A DNA stretch of 63,779 nt, counting the filler, from Octopus bimaculoides (lineage: Eukaryota): assembly GCF_001194135.2 (NCBI RefSeq). It is 7 parts of 7 records of this genome, joined end to end, with 100 filler letters (N's around TTAATTAATTAA, not from the genome) between each part and the next. Parts side by side here need not be neighbours in the genome. Positions count along the whole stretch, not along the records: positions 10,368 to 23,863 come from NC_068982.1; positions 23,964 to 45,015 come from NC_068995.1; 5 more parts are not named here. One strand, written 5' to 3'. The notes under the pieces were generated by a model. That model was not told the origin of the DNA. It worked only from the letters and a program-made list of their open reading frames with translations, and did not search any database. The position numbers were made by a program, and so were the translations under genes. How positions within the stretch are numbered: the first letter of the stretch is position 1; every line of letters starts with the position of its first letter. Shown here piece by piece: positions 12,756-26,229 of the stretch.

Positions 12756-13317
12756 TGGCATTTAAAATGATAAAATAAGGATATGAATGAGAAAAGATTG
12801 AGGGAAGAACTATAGAAATGAAAGCAAGAAAGACAAAAGACAAAAAAGAAAGGATAAAAGAAAGGAAGATAAAGAGAAGAAAAACGAAAAGAAAGAAAGA
12901 AAGAAAGAAAGAAAAATAGAAAGGAAGAAGGCCTCCATGTAGCCATTCATTCTGCTCGAGAAACAAATTTCCCTCAATTCATACCGGTCTTTAGAATGAA
13001 CACAAAGGGGAATGTGGTTATATATATATTCCACTAGCTGAGAATCCTGTCGTTGCCGGCAACTTTCACAACAAAATGCCTTTATTTCAATTTTTTTTTA
13101 TTCCATGTCAGACTGTGTCTTTTCCGACGGATAGAGTTCTTGATGAGGACAGGTTTATGCATTATTTTTGGTAATTTATGATGTATCGATAAACTAAATT
13201 TTTGTCTTTCCATTTGGTGCATAGATGTAAAAAAACTTTTCTGAGCTCGCTGCAGATGCTTTGTGAGGGTCTTCCGACTCTGTTGCCCTTATGAAATTCC
13301 TTATATACATGCATTCA

Positions 13318-13389
<72 letters not shown>

Positions 13390-13775
13390 NNNNNNNNNNN
13401 NNNNNNNNNNNNNNNNNNNNNNNNNNNNNNNNNNNNNNNNNNNNNNNNNNNNNNNNNNNNNNNNNNNNNNNNNNNNNNNNNNNNNNNNNNNNNNNNNNNN
13501 NNNNNNNNNNNNNNNNNNNNNNNNNNNNNNNNNNNNNNNNNNNNNNNNNNNNNNNNNNNNNNNNNNNNNNNNNNNNNNNNNNNNNNNNNNNNNNNNNNNN
13601 NNNNNNNNNNNNNNNNNNNNNNNNNNNNNNNNNNNNNNNNNNNNNNNNNNNNNNNNNNNNNNNNNNNNNNNNNNNNNNNNNNNNNNNNNNNNNNNAAATA
13701 AATAGAGGTTTTAAACAAAATGAAAGCAATTACATGTCATATCAAGAGTGAGTGAGAGGAGGAGCAGCATGTGTG

Positions 13776-13808
<33 letters not shown>

Positions 13809-13838
13809 TGTATGTATGTATGTATGTACGTATGTATG

Positions 13839-13874
<36 letters not shown>

Positions 13875-14758
13875 GAAAGAGAGAGCTAGTTAGGGGCAGA
13901 TAGAGAATGATAGATTTGACGAGCTAACACTCGAGTTATTACTCGTAGAAAATTATACTTTTTGATTAATTATAATTGAAAATCCTTGTCGTCGGAACGC
14001 AGATTTCGAAAATCAAATCCATTTTTTCTCGAGGATGCACTGTTTCGGAGCCTTTCCGTGACATATTTACATACTGGAGCACCGCCTTTAGTCGAGCAAA
14101 TCGACCCCAGGACTTATTCTTTGGAAGCCTAGTACTTATTCTATCGGTCTCTGTTACCGAACCGCTAAGTTACGGGGACGTAAACACACCAGCATCGAGT
14201 AGGAGTAGAAGAACAATTGCATTCAGAGAAGTAGGCGGTATTGACAGTGAGTTTTTCCCCAGAGGTGAATATAGATTTATATTTTCCCATACGACTTCTA
14301 TATGATTACAACCGTTTCGTAACGGACGTCATGTAGTATTATGACTTACAAAATGCAAAATTATATCTACATACTTACATAAACATATATGTTCAGCATT
14401 ATACAATACAGTTGTGTATTCGAAAATTGATGCAAATAAAGAAAATTAATTCATCAGATCGCTTGAAACATCATGGGTACATCTAGGATTCAGCCGAAAG
14501 GTGATGTGAATACGCAACTGTATTGTATGATGTTGAGTATATATATTGATGTGAACATGCACATATAATTTTTCATACAGTAATTAATAATACTACGAGT
14601 ATATGATTAATGTTACGAAACGGGTGTAACCTTATGGAAGTTACATCGAAAAAACAAATCTGCATTCACCTCCCACACCGACTCGCTTTATATTAGATAT
14701 ATACGCGCGTGTGTGTGTGTATGTGTGTTGTATGTATATGTGTATATATCATCATCAG

Positions 14759-14815
<57 letters not shown>

Positions 14816-15015
14816 ACTATTATGATAGGTTATTACGGGAACTTGGCTAGGTTCCTATAACGAACCTACGGAACTTTAAGTTGTATGGAGCAGGATGAAA
14901 GTGTTATATGTATCTCCTACTAACCGTGTCCAGTGCCTCTATACTACATTTGCCCACTCACTCATGTGTATGTGTGTGTGTTAGCGTGCGCGCACACACA
15001 CGCACGCACACGCAC

Positions 15016-15080
<65 letters not shown>

Positions 15081-15446
15081 TATACACACAGATACACACA
15101 AAAGTACATAAACGTAATTTGTATATATACATACATGTGTCTATGTTTGTGTGCACGTTTGTATGTATGTATATATGTGTGTACGTATGATCGTATGTAC
15201 GTTTGTATGTGGTGTGTGAATAAAAGTATATATAACTCTGTGCATGAGCGAGTGCCAGTGTGTCCGTGTGTCTGTATATCTGCACGCGCATGCATAGTAC
15301 ATATAACTCTCTACGTGTTTATGCATGAGACCACCCTACCATAACACTTTCCAACAAGCATCCATCATAATTTTTGGTGGGTTTTCATTTGTCTGCCATA
15401 TTTTCATATCTTTACATTTTCTTAATTTTTGTTGTGGCTGCTTTCG

Positions 15447-15521
<75 letters not shown>

Positions 15522-16096
15522 GCAGCTGTTGTTGCGTGTGTTATTGCTATTTATTGACTTTTGTTTTTATTAATTTAATTTATTTATTTTGTTCTTCTTT
15601 TCATTGGTTATAGTTTATACTATCATTTGTTTTCTTCTTTATCTTTATCAGCTTCTTATACTTGTTACCTCAACTGACGCTTCGTTCATTGCTTATTGTA
15701 TTTTGTTAGCATTGTTGGTTTGTGACAGTTGTTATTTTTGTTGTTGTTGTTGTTATAGCTATTCTTATTGTTATTTTTGTAGTTGCTATTGTTGTTGTAT
15801 TTTATGGATGTTAAAGTTATATTGTTGTTGCTTTATGACAATTGTTAACTTTTGTTTTGCTCTTGTTTCAACTGATTCGTGGTTAGTTATTTTAGAGCGT
15901 TTGCTGTCTTCATCTCTTGTTGATGTCGATGTTACCATTAATTTTCATGTTCATTATATATTTGTCTTTGTTGTTGCAATAGTTGCTCTCGATGTTGCTG
16001 TTTTTTACAATTTATTGTTGCTTGTGACTGTTGATTTTCTTTAATCAGTTTATCATTGTAATGATGTAGGTAGTTTTGTGCGTGTGTAACTTTCTG

Positions 16097-16141
<45 letters not shown>

Positions 16142-16234
16142 CTTGTATTATATTTTATTGTCTTTATCGTTATACGTGTGATAATTCTTCAGTTAGTTCT
16201 TCTCATGTTGTTATAATGATTACTATAATTGCGT

Positions 16235-16665
16235 CAAGGGAGGCGAGCTGGCGGAATCTTTAGATCATCGGAATAAATTCCTTTCAGTATTTCTGAGTTC
16301 AAATCTCAACGGACTCAACCTTGCCTTCCATCCTTTTGGAGTCGATAAGACAAAAATACCAGTCAAATAAATGCTAGGATCGGTGATATTAACTAACCTT
16401 TACCCTTAAAATTGCTTAAATCAGCAACAGTTATTACTATCATTTTAACAAAGGTAGCAAGCTGGCAGAATCGTTTGAGTGTTGATGAGATGCGTTACCG
16501 TATTTGTTGCAGCTCTTTACTTTCTGAGTTCAAATCCCACCCCGGTCAACTTTATTTTTTATCTTTCAGGGTAGATAAAATAAAGTAGTAGTCAAGCACT
16601 GAAGTCAATGGTATTGACTTATTATTTGCCCTCATAATTCTTGGCTTTGTACCGAATCCAGAAAC
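16235..16665 (+). mobile_element. Two diverged family A SINEs
   Basis: ggcgagctggcggaatc...ctgagttcaaat...ccatccttttggagtcgataa core occurs twice. Confidence 0.7.
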
Positions 16666-16794
16666 CATTATGACTATTGTTGTTTTTATTATCAATGTTA
16701 TGTTGTTAGAAGTGATACAAGAGGTTGATAAACGTTTTAACAACAAATGCCTGAGATGCATCGCTCCAAAGCATGAGGCTAACTAAAAGAAAGT

Positions 16795-17069
16795 ATATTG
16801 TTGGCACTCCGTCGCTTACGACGTCGAGGGTTCCAGTTGATCCGATCAACGGAACAGTCTGCTCGTGAAATTAACGTGCAAGTGGCTGAGCACTCCACAG
16901 ACACGTGTACCCTTAACGTAGTTCTCGGGGATATCCAGCGTGACACAGTGTGACAAGGCTGACCCTTTGAATTACAGGCACAACAGAAACAGGAAGTAAG
17001 AGTGAGAGAAAGTTGTGGTGAAAGAGTACAGCAGGGTTCGGCACCATCCCCTGCTGGAGCCTCGTGGAA
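16795..17069 (+). repeat. Interspersed repeat, SINE-like, truncated by gap
   Basis: GC-richer non-coding block (cccttaacgtagttctcggggatatccagcgtgacacag) with abrupt edges; recognised only as a probable interspersed repeat. Confidence 0.45.
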
Positions 17070-17560
17070 NNNNNNNNNNNNNNNNNNNNNNNNNNNNNNN
17101 NNNNNNNNNNNNNNNNNNNNNNNNNNNNNNNNNNNNNNNNNNNNNNNNNNNNNNNNNNNNNNNNNNNNNNNNNNNNNNNNNNNNNNNNNNNNNNNNNNNN
17201 NNNNNNNNNNNNNNNNNNNNNNNNNNNNNNNNNNNNNNNNNNNNNNNNNNNNNNNNNNNNNNNNNNNNNNNNNNNNNNNNNNNNNNNNNNNNNNNNNNNN
17301 NNNNNNNNNNNNNNNNNNNNNNNNNNNNNNNNNNNNNNNNNNNNNNNNNNNNNNNNNNNNNNNNNNNNNNNNNNNNNNNNNNNNNNNNNNNNNNNNNNNN
17401 NNNNNNNNNNNNNNNNNNNNNNNNNNNNNNNNNNNNNNNNNNNNNNNNNNNNNNNNNNNNNNNNNNNNNNNNNNNNNNNNNNNNNNNNNNNNNNNNNNNN
17501 NNNNNNNNNNNNNNNNNNNNNNNNNNNNNNNNNNNNNNNNNNNNNNNNNNNNNNNNNNNN

Positions 17561-17620
<60 letters not shown>

Positions 17621-18674
17621 TGTGTCCGTGTTTGTGCTTGCGTTTATGATTGCACCGGTGTTCAGCAAATTTTGTATCCCTTTATGTTTTGTAAACTAGT
17701 GGTTCAACAAAAATAAATCAATAAAATAAACACTTTACTGAAATATTTACTGTGGTCGATATGACCCATTAAACTCTTCTTTAAAGACCTGCCCCAGCAT
17801 GGCCGCAATCCAATGTCTGAAGAGTAAAAACAAAAATAATTAATTAATATATATCGTGCTTCTACACAATTTCTGTCTACCAAATTCCAGTTTCGCCCAT
17901 CGGCATAACACCATGAACACTCCACTTACACACGTATACACATACACACACATATACACATGCACAAATATATACATACATACGCAAGCATACACACACA
18001 CACATACACACACACACACACACATACACACACACACACACACGCACACACACCCCCACACACACGCATCGTGATACTGGACTTTTCATATACATCTTTT
18101 ACAGTACAATGTCGTAAAAATTTATCCTAATATAATAATGTATATTGTGACAGAAATATATTAAAATATCAAATAGCTAATATCTTAATATCTTCCAGCC
18201 ATATTTCACTAGAGTTTATTAACTATTGATTTTGTTTGACTAGACAGAACATCTTTCGCAAGACAAAGAGAGAGGGGTGCGCGTGTGTGCGTGTGTTTGT
18301 GCCTGCACGCGCGCGCGTGTGTGTTTATTGAATGGAATACAGTGGTGTATTACTGATACTTATTTTATCTACTATTGGGAAACCAATCAAAAGATAATAA
18401 AATATGACGCCTGCAGTCTAATTATCTAAACTAGATCCACCAATTTACCGAACACTCGTGTAACTTGTAATTAAGTACAAGGCCAAAATTAGTGGGAGGG
18501 CTGTGTAGCTGATTAAATCAATCCTCTTTTGTGTGAAGAGCACATATATTCCATGCGACTGGAGGTATATAAATGAAATATCGGTTAAGATTAAAATGAA
18601 AAAAAAATCGAGAAAAGAAATGGACTCATATACTATGAAATAATTATTAGTACGGTCTCTACTGTCCTGCATCG

Positions 18675-19570
18675 AAGATAAGAAACCAAAGCCATTGTAG
18701 TAATGCAATTTCTAATATAAAACAAGAAAGAAATATGGGAAGCGCAGTATATATGAGAGGTAACTGCACTGTCAATAACAACGGTGCCAGGAATCTTTGG
18801 ATATTCCCCAGCTAATTTCAAAACCTCACTGGAGCGAAGATAACGGCTGATAGAACATTTTAATAAAGAAATCAGAAAATACAAAACAGCAGAAATCTCT
18901 TATTTTGGTTCTCTGTTCTTTAAAATAAGGTAACAGCCAAGCCCGCATAACCCAATAAAGTGATGTAGGAATTCGCATCTCCCATGGCCTTACGAAGATA
19001 GTTTCCTGTCACTCTACTTCTGGGGAAAAATTGGCCTTAGAATGCGTCATTTTCGCCAATTCTTATCCTCTTGGAAGTTCTGACTGAACCAGAACCTGCG
19101 ATACTTAAGCAGGACCTCGATCCTATGACAAACGATGACCGACTTGGGGCTATTTCTTCCGATATAGAATTTTTGAAAACCCAACAACTTGTATTGTTTA
19201 ATCTTTCTTCCATTCATTATTTCATGTTACACGAATTTTAAGCTTCTACTCTGACCACTAAAAAGTAATATGGTTATCAAAGCCTTGAAGATGGGTACCA
19301 AGTATAGATGGACAGGTACGACGTACATATGGACAACCATTTCAAATGCTATCCGTTGATATAAATTTATCAGATTCTTCTAATCCAAGTGCATTTCTCA
19401 CCCTTTCTATGGTGTATTACGTGAGGCGAAGATTACAATAAATAAACTTTCCAGAAACCTCACAAGTCTGCGCGGGTCTGATGACGTTGCGAAGGACTTT
19501 TTCTAACCTCTTAGCTAGCATCTTGGTCAAAATCTTTAATTCTATTTGGGCACCTATGTTTAATATATTT
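18675..19570 (-). mobile_element. Tx1/L1-like LINE RT and 3' remnant
   Basis: Minus translation IELKILTKMLAKRLEKVLRNVIRPAQTC near 19560-19470; downstream part is homologous to the 21715-22105 copy. Confidence 0.7.
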
Positions 19571-20079
19571 GGGAACCTATGTTATTCACTAGGTTCCTCA
19601 TATTACGTGCTTCCACAGTAGTGAATCTCCATCAAGCCACGCAACTGAGAACGTTTCAAGTATAGTGTCAGTTGCAACACAAACGAATCAATACAGAAAC
19701 AAGCAAATCTCATGTTTTCTGACTGAGTTCATACGGTAACCCCTCTGGTTCCAAAGTTTTTCCCCCCTTACTACTGTTCAATACTTTCTTTACTTCAAGT
19801 CTTTGTCATTCATAAGCTTTTGTCATCACTTAACACATTCCATTACAAATAATATAATTTGTTGAAATATGCTTGAAACTCCATTTTCCCTACCCCGTCT
19901 TTTGCTTCAGACTATTCGAAAAAGTACCAATGAAAGCCCCTACACATCTACTCCCTGTCAGACACTAAGAAAATATTTTATTTGACACATCTCCACCACC
20001 TCGATTCAACTAACTGATTTATCTCCATAATGTCTTAAAACACGTGAAACAAGCACAACTCAACTCCGTGTTTAATATT

Positions 20080-20740
20080 CTTTTCTACTCTAAGTACAAG
20101 TCCCAAAATTTTGGGGGAGGGACCAGTCGATTAGATCGACCCTCGTACGCAACTGGTACTTAATTTATCGACCCCGAAAGAGTGAAAGTCAAAGTCGACC
20201 TCGGCGGAAGTTGAACTCAGAATGTAAAGACAGTCGAAATACCAATAAGCATTTCGCCAGGCGTGCTAACGTTTTTGCCAGCTCGCCGCCTTATATTCTT
20301 TTCTACTCTAGGCACAAGGCCCAAAATTTTGGGGGAGGGGGCTAGTCGATTAGATCGACCCCAGTACGCAACTAGTACTTAATTTATCGACTCCGAAAGG
20401 ATGAAAGGCAAAGTCAACCTCGGCGGAATTTGAAATCAGAACGTAAAGACAGACGAAACACCGCTAAGCATTTTGCCCGGCGTGCTAATGTTTCTGCCAG
20501 CTCTGTGTTTAATATTAAAGATATAATTCTTTCAAACTTTAGCACAAGGTGAGTAATTTGGATGATATCGGTTACATTGACACCAATGCTCAACTGGCAC
20601 ATATTTTATCGCCCTCGAAATGATAAAAGATAAAGTCGACCTCGGTGGTATTTGAACTCATAATGTGAAAACCTGGAAAAAATGTCCACTAAGCATTTTG
20701 TTTGACGCGCTAATGATTCTACCAGTTCACTGCCTTTGCT
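20080..20740 (-). mobile_element. Three tandem family A SINEs
   Basis: Three successive aaagtcgacctcggcggaatttgaactcagaacgt cores. Confidence 0.9.
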
Positions 20741-21714
20741 GAAAAAATAATCAGAAATCCTTATTCCTGACAACGCATCTAATACATCACCCTCTACATG
20801 AATCTCTTTTAGTGCACCAATTCTTTCAAGAATCACTTTCTATTACCAATTACTTATTAATTCTAAAAAAAAATAACCTAATTTCCTTTTTAATTCCTCA
20901 CAACATATATTATTTGCAATATCACCCGTCGATACTCTCCAAGTAATTTGCGGTCCCAGGGAAAGATCTGCACTGTAAACTGAGTACTTACATTTTTATT
21001 TAATAAATCACACACAGTTATCAAAATGTTACGTTTAGAATTTTGATAAGATTTTCACATTTTAACTCTTTGGACTGCAGCCATGCTGGGGAACCGCATT
21101 GAAGGATTCAGTCGAACAAATTGACGTCAGTACTTATTGTAAGCCTGATGTTTATTCTGTAGATTACTGTTTGCGGAATTGCTAAGTTACAGGGACGTAA
21201 GCAAACCACCCATCAATACCTGCCAAACTAAGTTGTAAACTGTAGTCTCAGCAAAGGATTCGTATTGTAAACTGCATCTTCAATTTTCAGTGGCTCCCTC
21301 TCTAAAAACTGCTATTTAGGTTTATCATACTGAAACTAAACACACGGTATTTGTGACATGTTGCCTGAAAACTGTAACCACAGTACTCCAATCTGATCAA
21401 TTTCATTTCATTCAGCTGTTGTCGATCATAGATGAAAGCCACGACATACTTTTACCTGCTTATCTATACTGTTGTTGGTCAACCAGTCCTTATTCACACG
21501 CATTAATTGCAGGATAAACAGGGTACTCACGTGAACAGATGACTGGTCACAAACGTCAGTACCTCGGTAGATTTTGAACTCAGAACAAAAAGTTCTGAAC
21601 AGATAGCACAAAGCATCTCGTCCGACGTTCCGGTAGTTCTGCTACTCCTTGCCCTGACCAGATGACTATATTCATCGACCTCGAAAGGTGGATGGGCAAA
21701 GTTGCTTCAGACTA

Positions 21715-22105
21715 AATCTCCAAGAGGTTAGGAGCTGGCACAAATGACGCATTCAAAGGCCAATTTTACTCAGAAATAGACTGATAGGAAACTATCTTTG
21801 AAAGACCATGGGAGATGCGAATCCCTACATAATTTTATTGAGGTACAAGGGCTTCACTGTTACTTTGTTTTAAAGAACAGAGAATCAGAATAAGAGATTC
21901 CTGTTCTTTTGCATTTTTTAATTTTTATTAAAAGTTCCAACAGATGTCTTGGCTTCAGTGAAGTTTTGAAATAAGCTGGGGAATATCCATAGATCTCTGA
22001 GGAATATCCAAAGATTCCTGGCACCGTTGTTATTCATATATACTGCGCTTCCCATATTTTTTTTCTTATTTTATATTGTAATTTCCATTATTACTATGGT
22101 TTTAT
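21715..22105 (+). mobile_element. Tx1/L1-like LINE 3' fragment, inverted relative to 18675-19080
   Basis: ccaagagg...aatgacgcattc...ccatgggagatgcgaat...gatattcc...ggcaccgttgttatt...actgcgcttcccatatt is the reverse complement of 18675-19080 with scattered mismatches. Confidence 0.75.
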
Positions 22106-22394
22106 CAACACCGAAGGGAAGGTCGGCAATGTCGGTTCAGGCGGAATTTGAACTTAGAAACTCGGAAGGTTAGAGACTGACTACCGTATCACTGCCAGGG
22201 TATTTCAGAAAAATAATCTGTAAGGTGCGAAATAATATGAATACTAATGAAAGAAGGGGAAGATGAAGGGCGTGGGGAGTGGGTGAGTCGCATAAGGACA
22301 AGGACGACGAGAACTACAATGACAGTAATAATCATAACAAGAACACTCAGAGAGTGCAAACCTCTGCCAAGGCAACACCAACTTCCTCTCAACA

Positions 22395-22700
22395 ATTAGC
22401 CGATGATTTTTAAAATGAGAATATCTGAAATAAACTCGACTGCTCTCACAAACGAGAATTCTAAAAATGAACCCGATCGCTCTAAAAAATTAAGTAAAAA
22501 AAACGAAAAATAATCCAGAATCCTTGTCCAGTACCCGATAGATCCCAAAATCTAATCAGTTCGTGCCAGTCATGAAGCCAAACATCCCTAAAAGTTTCAT
22601 CCGAATCCATCCAGCGGTTCATTGGATATCTTGTCCACGGATAAACAAACAAACACGACTGAAAACAATACCCCCGCCTTCGCTAAGGCGGAGGTAATAA
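22395..22700 (+). mobile_element. Non-autonomous Helitron/Helentron-like element 3' end
   Basis: tttcatccgaatccatccagcggtt...(AAAC)n...gaaaacaatac followed by terminal hairpin CCGCCTT-cgct-AAGGCGG then aggtaat. Confidence 0.5.
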
Positions 22701-23174
22701 TGCTATTGCTGCCGATGATGATGACCACGTCGACGACGATGACGACGATGACGACGATGATGATGATTTCCAAGCAAGTCTTATTTCATGAATCACTTGA
22801 AGACACCCCACCACATCTTCCACTACCAACACCACCAACACCACTAACGCCAGAACAGCGAAGTCAAAGATAGTTAATCGATCGAATGACCTTGAGTACA
22901 AACGACACCCCGAAGTGAAAAATGCATTGAAAAATAATGATTTCTGACAAGAAAAACCAAAAAGAAAGCCATCACAGTAGCTCAGCTGTTAATTCTGTAG
23001 AAGAAATGAAAGATGAGTGCATTAAAAGTCTATTAGAATACCTTCGCTAAAGACACTGGCAAATAGATGGAATTTTGTAGTTCATTAGAGAAAATTCAAC
23101 GATGATAGACAGATAGATACATCAACATCAAGAGTGTAAACGATGACGCCGACAATCTCTGGACGCTGACGACG

Positions 23175-23241
<67 letters not shown>

Positions 23242-23305
23242 GGATGAGGATGATGATGATGATGATGACGATGATGATGATGATGACGATGATGATGATG
23301 ATGAC

Positions 23306-23336
<31 letters not shown>

Positions 23337-23963
23337 CGGAGGGAAAAGAGGAGGATAGGAATGGCATTGATAATGATAACCATGACAATAACGGCAACGA
23401 TGATGATGACGATGATGATGATGGTTAGTTCTTTTTTGTTTGTTTTTTGTTTTTTTGTGGATTTTTTTTTTTGGACGATGATGAAGATGTTGATCACAGT
23501 GAAACAAATGATAATTTGAGGACAATGGCAAGCAGTGCGCTGATGGCATAGCGTTAACGCCGGTGTTGGCAATGCTGGAGGCGAAGCTGGTGGTGTAATG
23601 GTTGCGAAGGCGGGAGCGGCGGGTGAATTTCGACGTCGACGTCGACGTCAACGTCATCATTGGAGCACTCTGCTTGTTGTCCCAGTTACTACGGTAACAT
23701 ATGTAGTGATGGCTTGGGTAGTATTAGGCGCCTGTGGTGGTGTTGGTGGTGGTAGTGGTAGTGGTGATAGTGGTGGTGCTGTTGTTATTGTTGGTAATGT
23801 TGGTATTGGTGTTGGTGGTGGTGTTGGTGGTGGTGGTCGTCGTCGTGCTGGTGCTGCTGGTGCNNNNNNNNNNNNNNNNNNNNNNNNNNNNNNNNNNNNN
23901 NNNNNNNTTAATTAATTAANNNNNNNNNNNNNNNNNNNNNNNNNNNNNNNNNNNNNNNNNNNN

Positions 23964-24011
23964 TGTTTCAGTTAGTGGAATAACGTGTACATATACATCT
24001 CTCTCTCTCTC

Positions 24012-24042
<31 letters not shown>

Positions 24043-24370
24043 GAAAGTATCTGTCATTACAGTATCGAAATGTGATTGTTTCAGTTAGTAGAATAGTTTC
24101 ATTTTTAAAGTGAAAGTATTTGACAGGAGTGTTTTTGTTTCATTTTTGACACGTAATACTTAAATAGTGGAGGAGATATTATGTTGCCGTGGGCTCGAAT
24201 TCTGCAAGAAGTTCAAAATTGTTTTTGACTAAAACACAACTGGAACCCTAAGTAAGGCATGTGTAAAATTTGAATGAAATTGGCTGCGTAGTCCTCGAGT
24301 TTTAGGGATTCACACACACAGACAGACAGACAGACAGTCAGACACACATTCTCATTTTTATATATATAGA
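23964..24370 (-). mobile_element. Non-autonomous Helitron 5' end
   Basis: Minus strand begins A|TCTATATATATAAAAATG followed by a (TCTG)n microsatellite, the usual 5' TC terminus of animal Helitrons; runs into a gap. Confidence 0.6.
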
Positions 24371-24399
24371 TATATGAGATATGATCAATAAGTATCAGG

Positions 24400-25700
24400 A
24401 CTGTTGGCAGATTAATGAAGTTTAAAGAGTAGCAGGATTGTTACTCTATTACCAGTTGCCACTGGTTTCGTGTGGTATTCATACCAGGCTTTAGGTCGTA
24501 GAATGTCATAATGATTACAGATGTTCCAACGTAGATACCACCCTATTCGGTCACGTCTAGTTTTGTACTCGGTTATTCCATGTCTTGCAGAGCCTTCTAT
24601 AATGCGTTGAATTGTTTTGGTACTATTATCACATAGTCTACACATTTGGTAAGCATCATTGTGGAGTACGTTTTTTGGGCGTTTGTTGTGAATAGATATT
24701 AATCGTGAGGTGCCATAATAAAATCTTCAGTTACTGCTTTTAGATGTGTACAACCCAACCACTGATGTCTTCTTTCTGCATTTATAGCTGCTTTTCATGT
24801 TCTATTTGGATACTAACAATGCAGTGGATTTTACCCATTTTACGATAAGCTCTGTGAGGTCCTTGTTTGTTGTGTTTTGATGGTTGTCTTGCTATTGCAG
24901 ATTGTGCATTGTCATTTACATCTAAGGTTAGTTCCCATTAATACTTCTGTGATAATTTCATATCAGAATGCAGATTCTCTGCCCCGAACGAATTCCTATC
25001 TTAGTGGCAACGTATGATAATTCTAGGTGGATGAAGTCTCTACTATCCCCTTTCTCGGCTAACGTAGGTTTTATGAACATCGGATTTTGGAAGAAGCATT
25101 ATGTTTTCTCGTTTATATTCCTGTTAATTATGTTATTTTTATTCCAGTAAAAATATTATATCTGTACCGTACGACGGGGAAGGCAAGTGTATTAATGTCT
25201 TGAATCTTATTCTGGGAATTCAATACCATTTTCAGCATAAGCCATAATCTTCTATAGTATTCCTGATTTTTCCGTATTGTTGCTGTGTTGGATCCTTTTC
25301 CGTTCACTTATTCCAAGCAATTTTTATTTTCCATCTCCGTCTAATTCTTCAATATAATGTTGCCTTTTAGCGTAAAGCAAAATGAAGAAATGAGTTTTTT
25401 CCTTTTTAATGTTGCTTTGGGGTATTTATCCAAGCCAAATTCCATGCCTTATATTTTCACTTAAACTTTTCACAGTTGTTAGTAATCCATGGAGAGCATT
25501 ATTGATTTTTGTAAGTAGGGTGAGATCATCATTATAAAATGAGTGAGATATGGTTCTATCAAAAATTTTGTATCCGTATTGTAGACGGTTCAACTCAAGT
25601 GACAGAGGTACAAGTGCTAGTCAAAAAAGTAATGGTTACAATGAACCTCCTTGGTATATACCCCGATCAATCGCAATGCTGGCAAACGTACATCTGCCTT
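24400..25700 (-). mobile_element. Degenerate R4/Dong-clade LINE (RT C-half to CCHC knuckle)
   Basis: IDRGIYQGGSL, YNDDLTL (YxDD-equivalent), CRLCDNSTKTIQRII...RDRIGWYLRWNIC. Confidence 0.8.
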
Positions 25701-25859
25701 CGTGATTGAGGAACAATTTTAGCTACCACATGCCCGTACATTGGCGCAGAAATCGTTTTCACTGGTATGATCAATGTGACGATTATACGTTACACACCAT
25801 CCTTTGAAGCACTGCTGTAATCAGCGGAAGTGGCCTAGAACGCTAAAACGTAGTGCACA

Positions 25860-26200
25860 TGCATAGCAGCATTGAAGGTCAATTTGTGCTGAGCGGTATT
25901 GCGTTATTGACGTAATTTCTGGAAGACATTCAACCAGCAGAGCTGAGAAAAAACATTGCAGATATGCGTTGGACTGTGATGGGAAATCGTCGAATCCCCA
26001 TCCATGAGATATCAGAGGATGTGCAGATTAGTTACGGTCCAATTCAGTCAATTATCACTGAAGAATTGGGTATGAGACACGCGTCTGTCCGTTTATGCCA
26101 AAATGGCCTCCATCTGACCAATAAGACAGTCGAGTTACGCTTGTACAAGATCTCCTTGATTGTATCGAGAACGATGAAATCTTTTTAAAACACTGTGTAG
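25860..26200 (+). mobile_element. Mariner transposase remnant (second HTH)
   Basis: NRRIPIHEISEDVQISYGPIQSIITEELGMRHASVR matches the mariner DRRITIRE..E.VGIS.GS.Q.IL.E.LGMR.V pattern. Confidence 0.8.
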
Positions 26201-26229
26201 ACCTTTGAGCAGGTATCTCCAAGCTTTTG

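Noticed and set aside
11998-12966. HT/CV/YI and LSYSCHT repeat ORFs
   Set aside because: Dinucleotide microsatellites and a 21-bp minisatellite.
15325-16044. Hydrophobic Leu/Cys/Tyr-rich ORFs resembling membrane proteins
   Set aside because: Degenerate (TTA)/(TTG) repeat sequence.
19478-19500. CTGATGA-cgttgc-GAAG motif
   Set aside because: Lies within a Tx1-like RT remnant; lacks GAAA and stems, so a chance match.
23085-23660. Poly-His/poly-Ser/poly-Ile/poly-Met ORFs
   Set aside because: Translations of a (GAT)n microsatellite; no domain or splice support.
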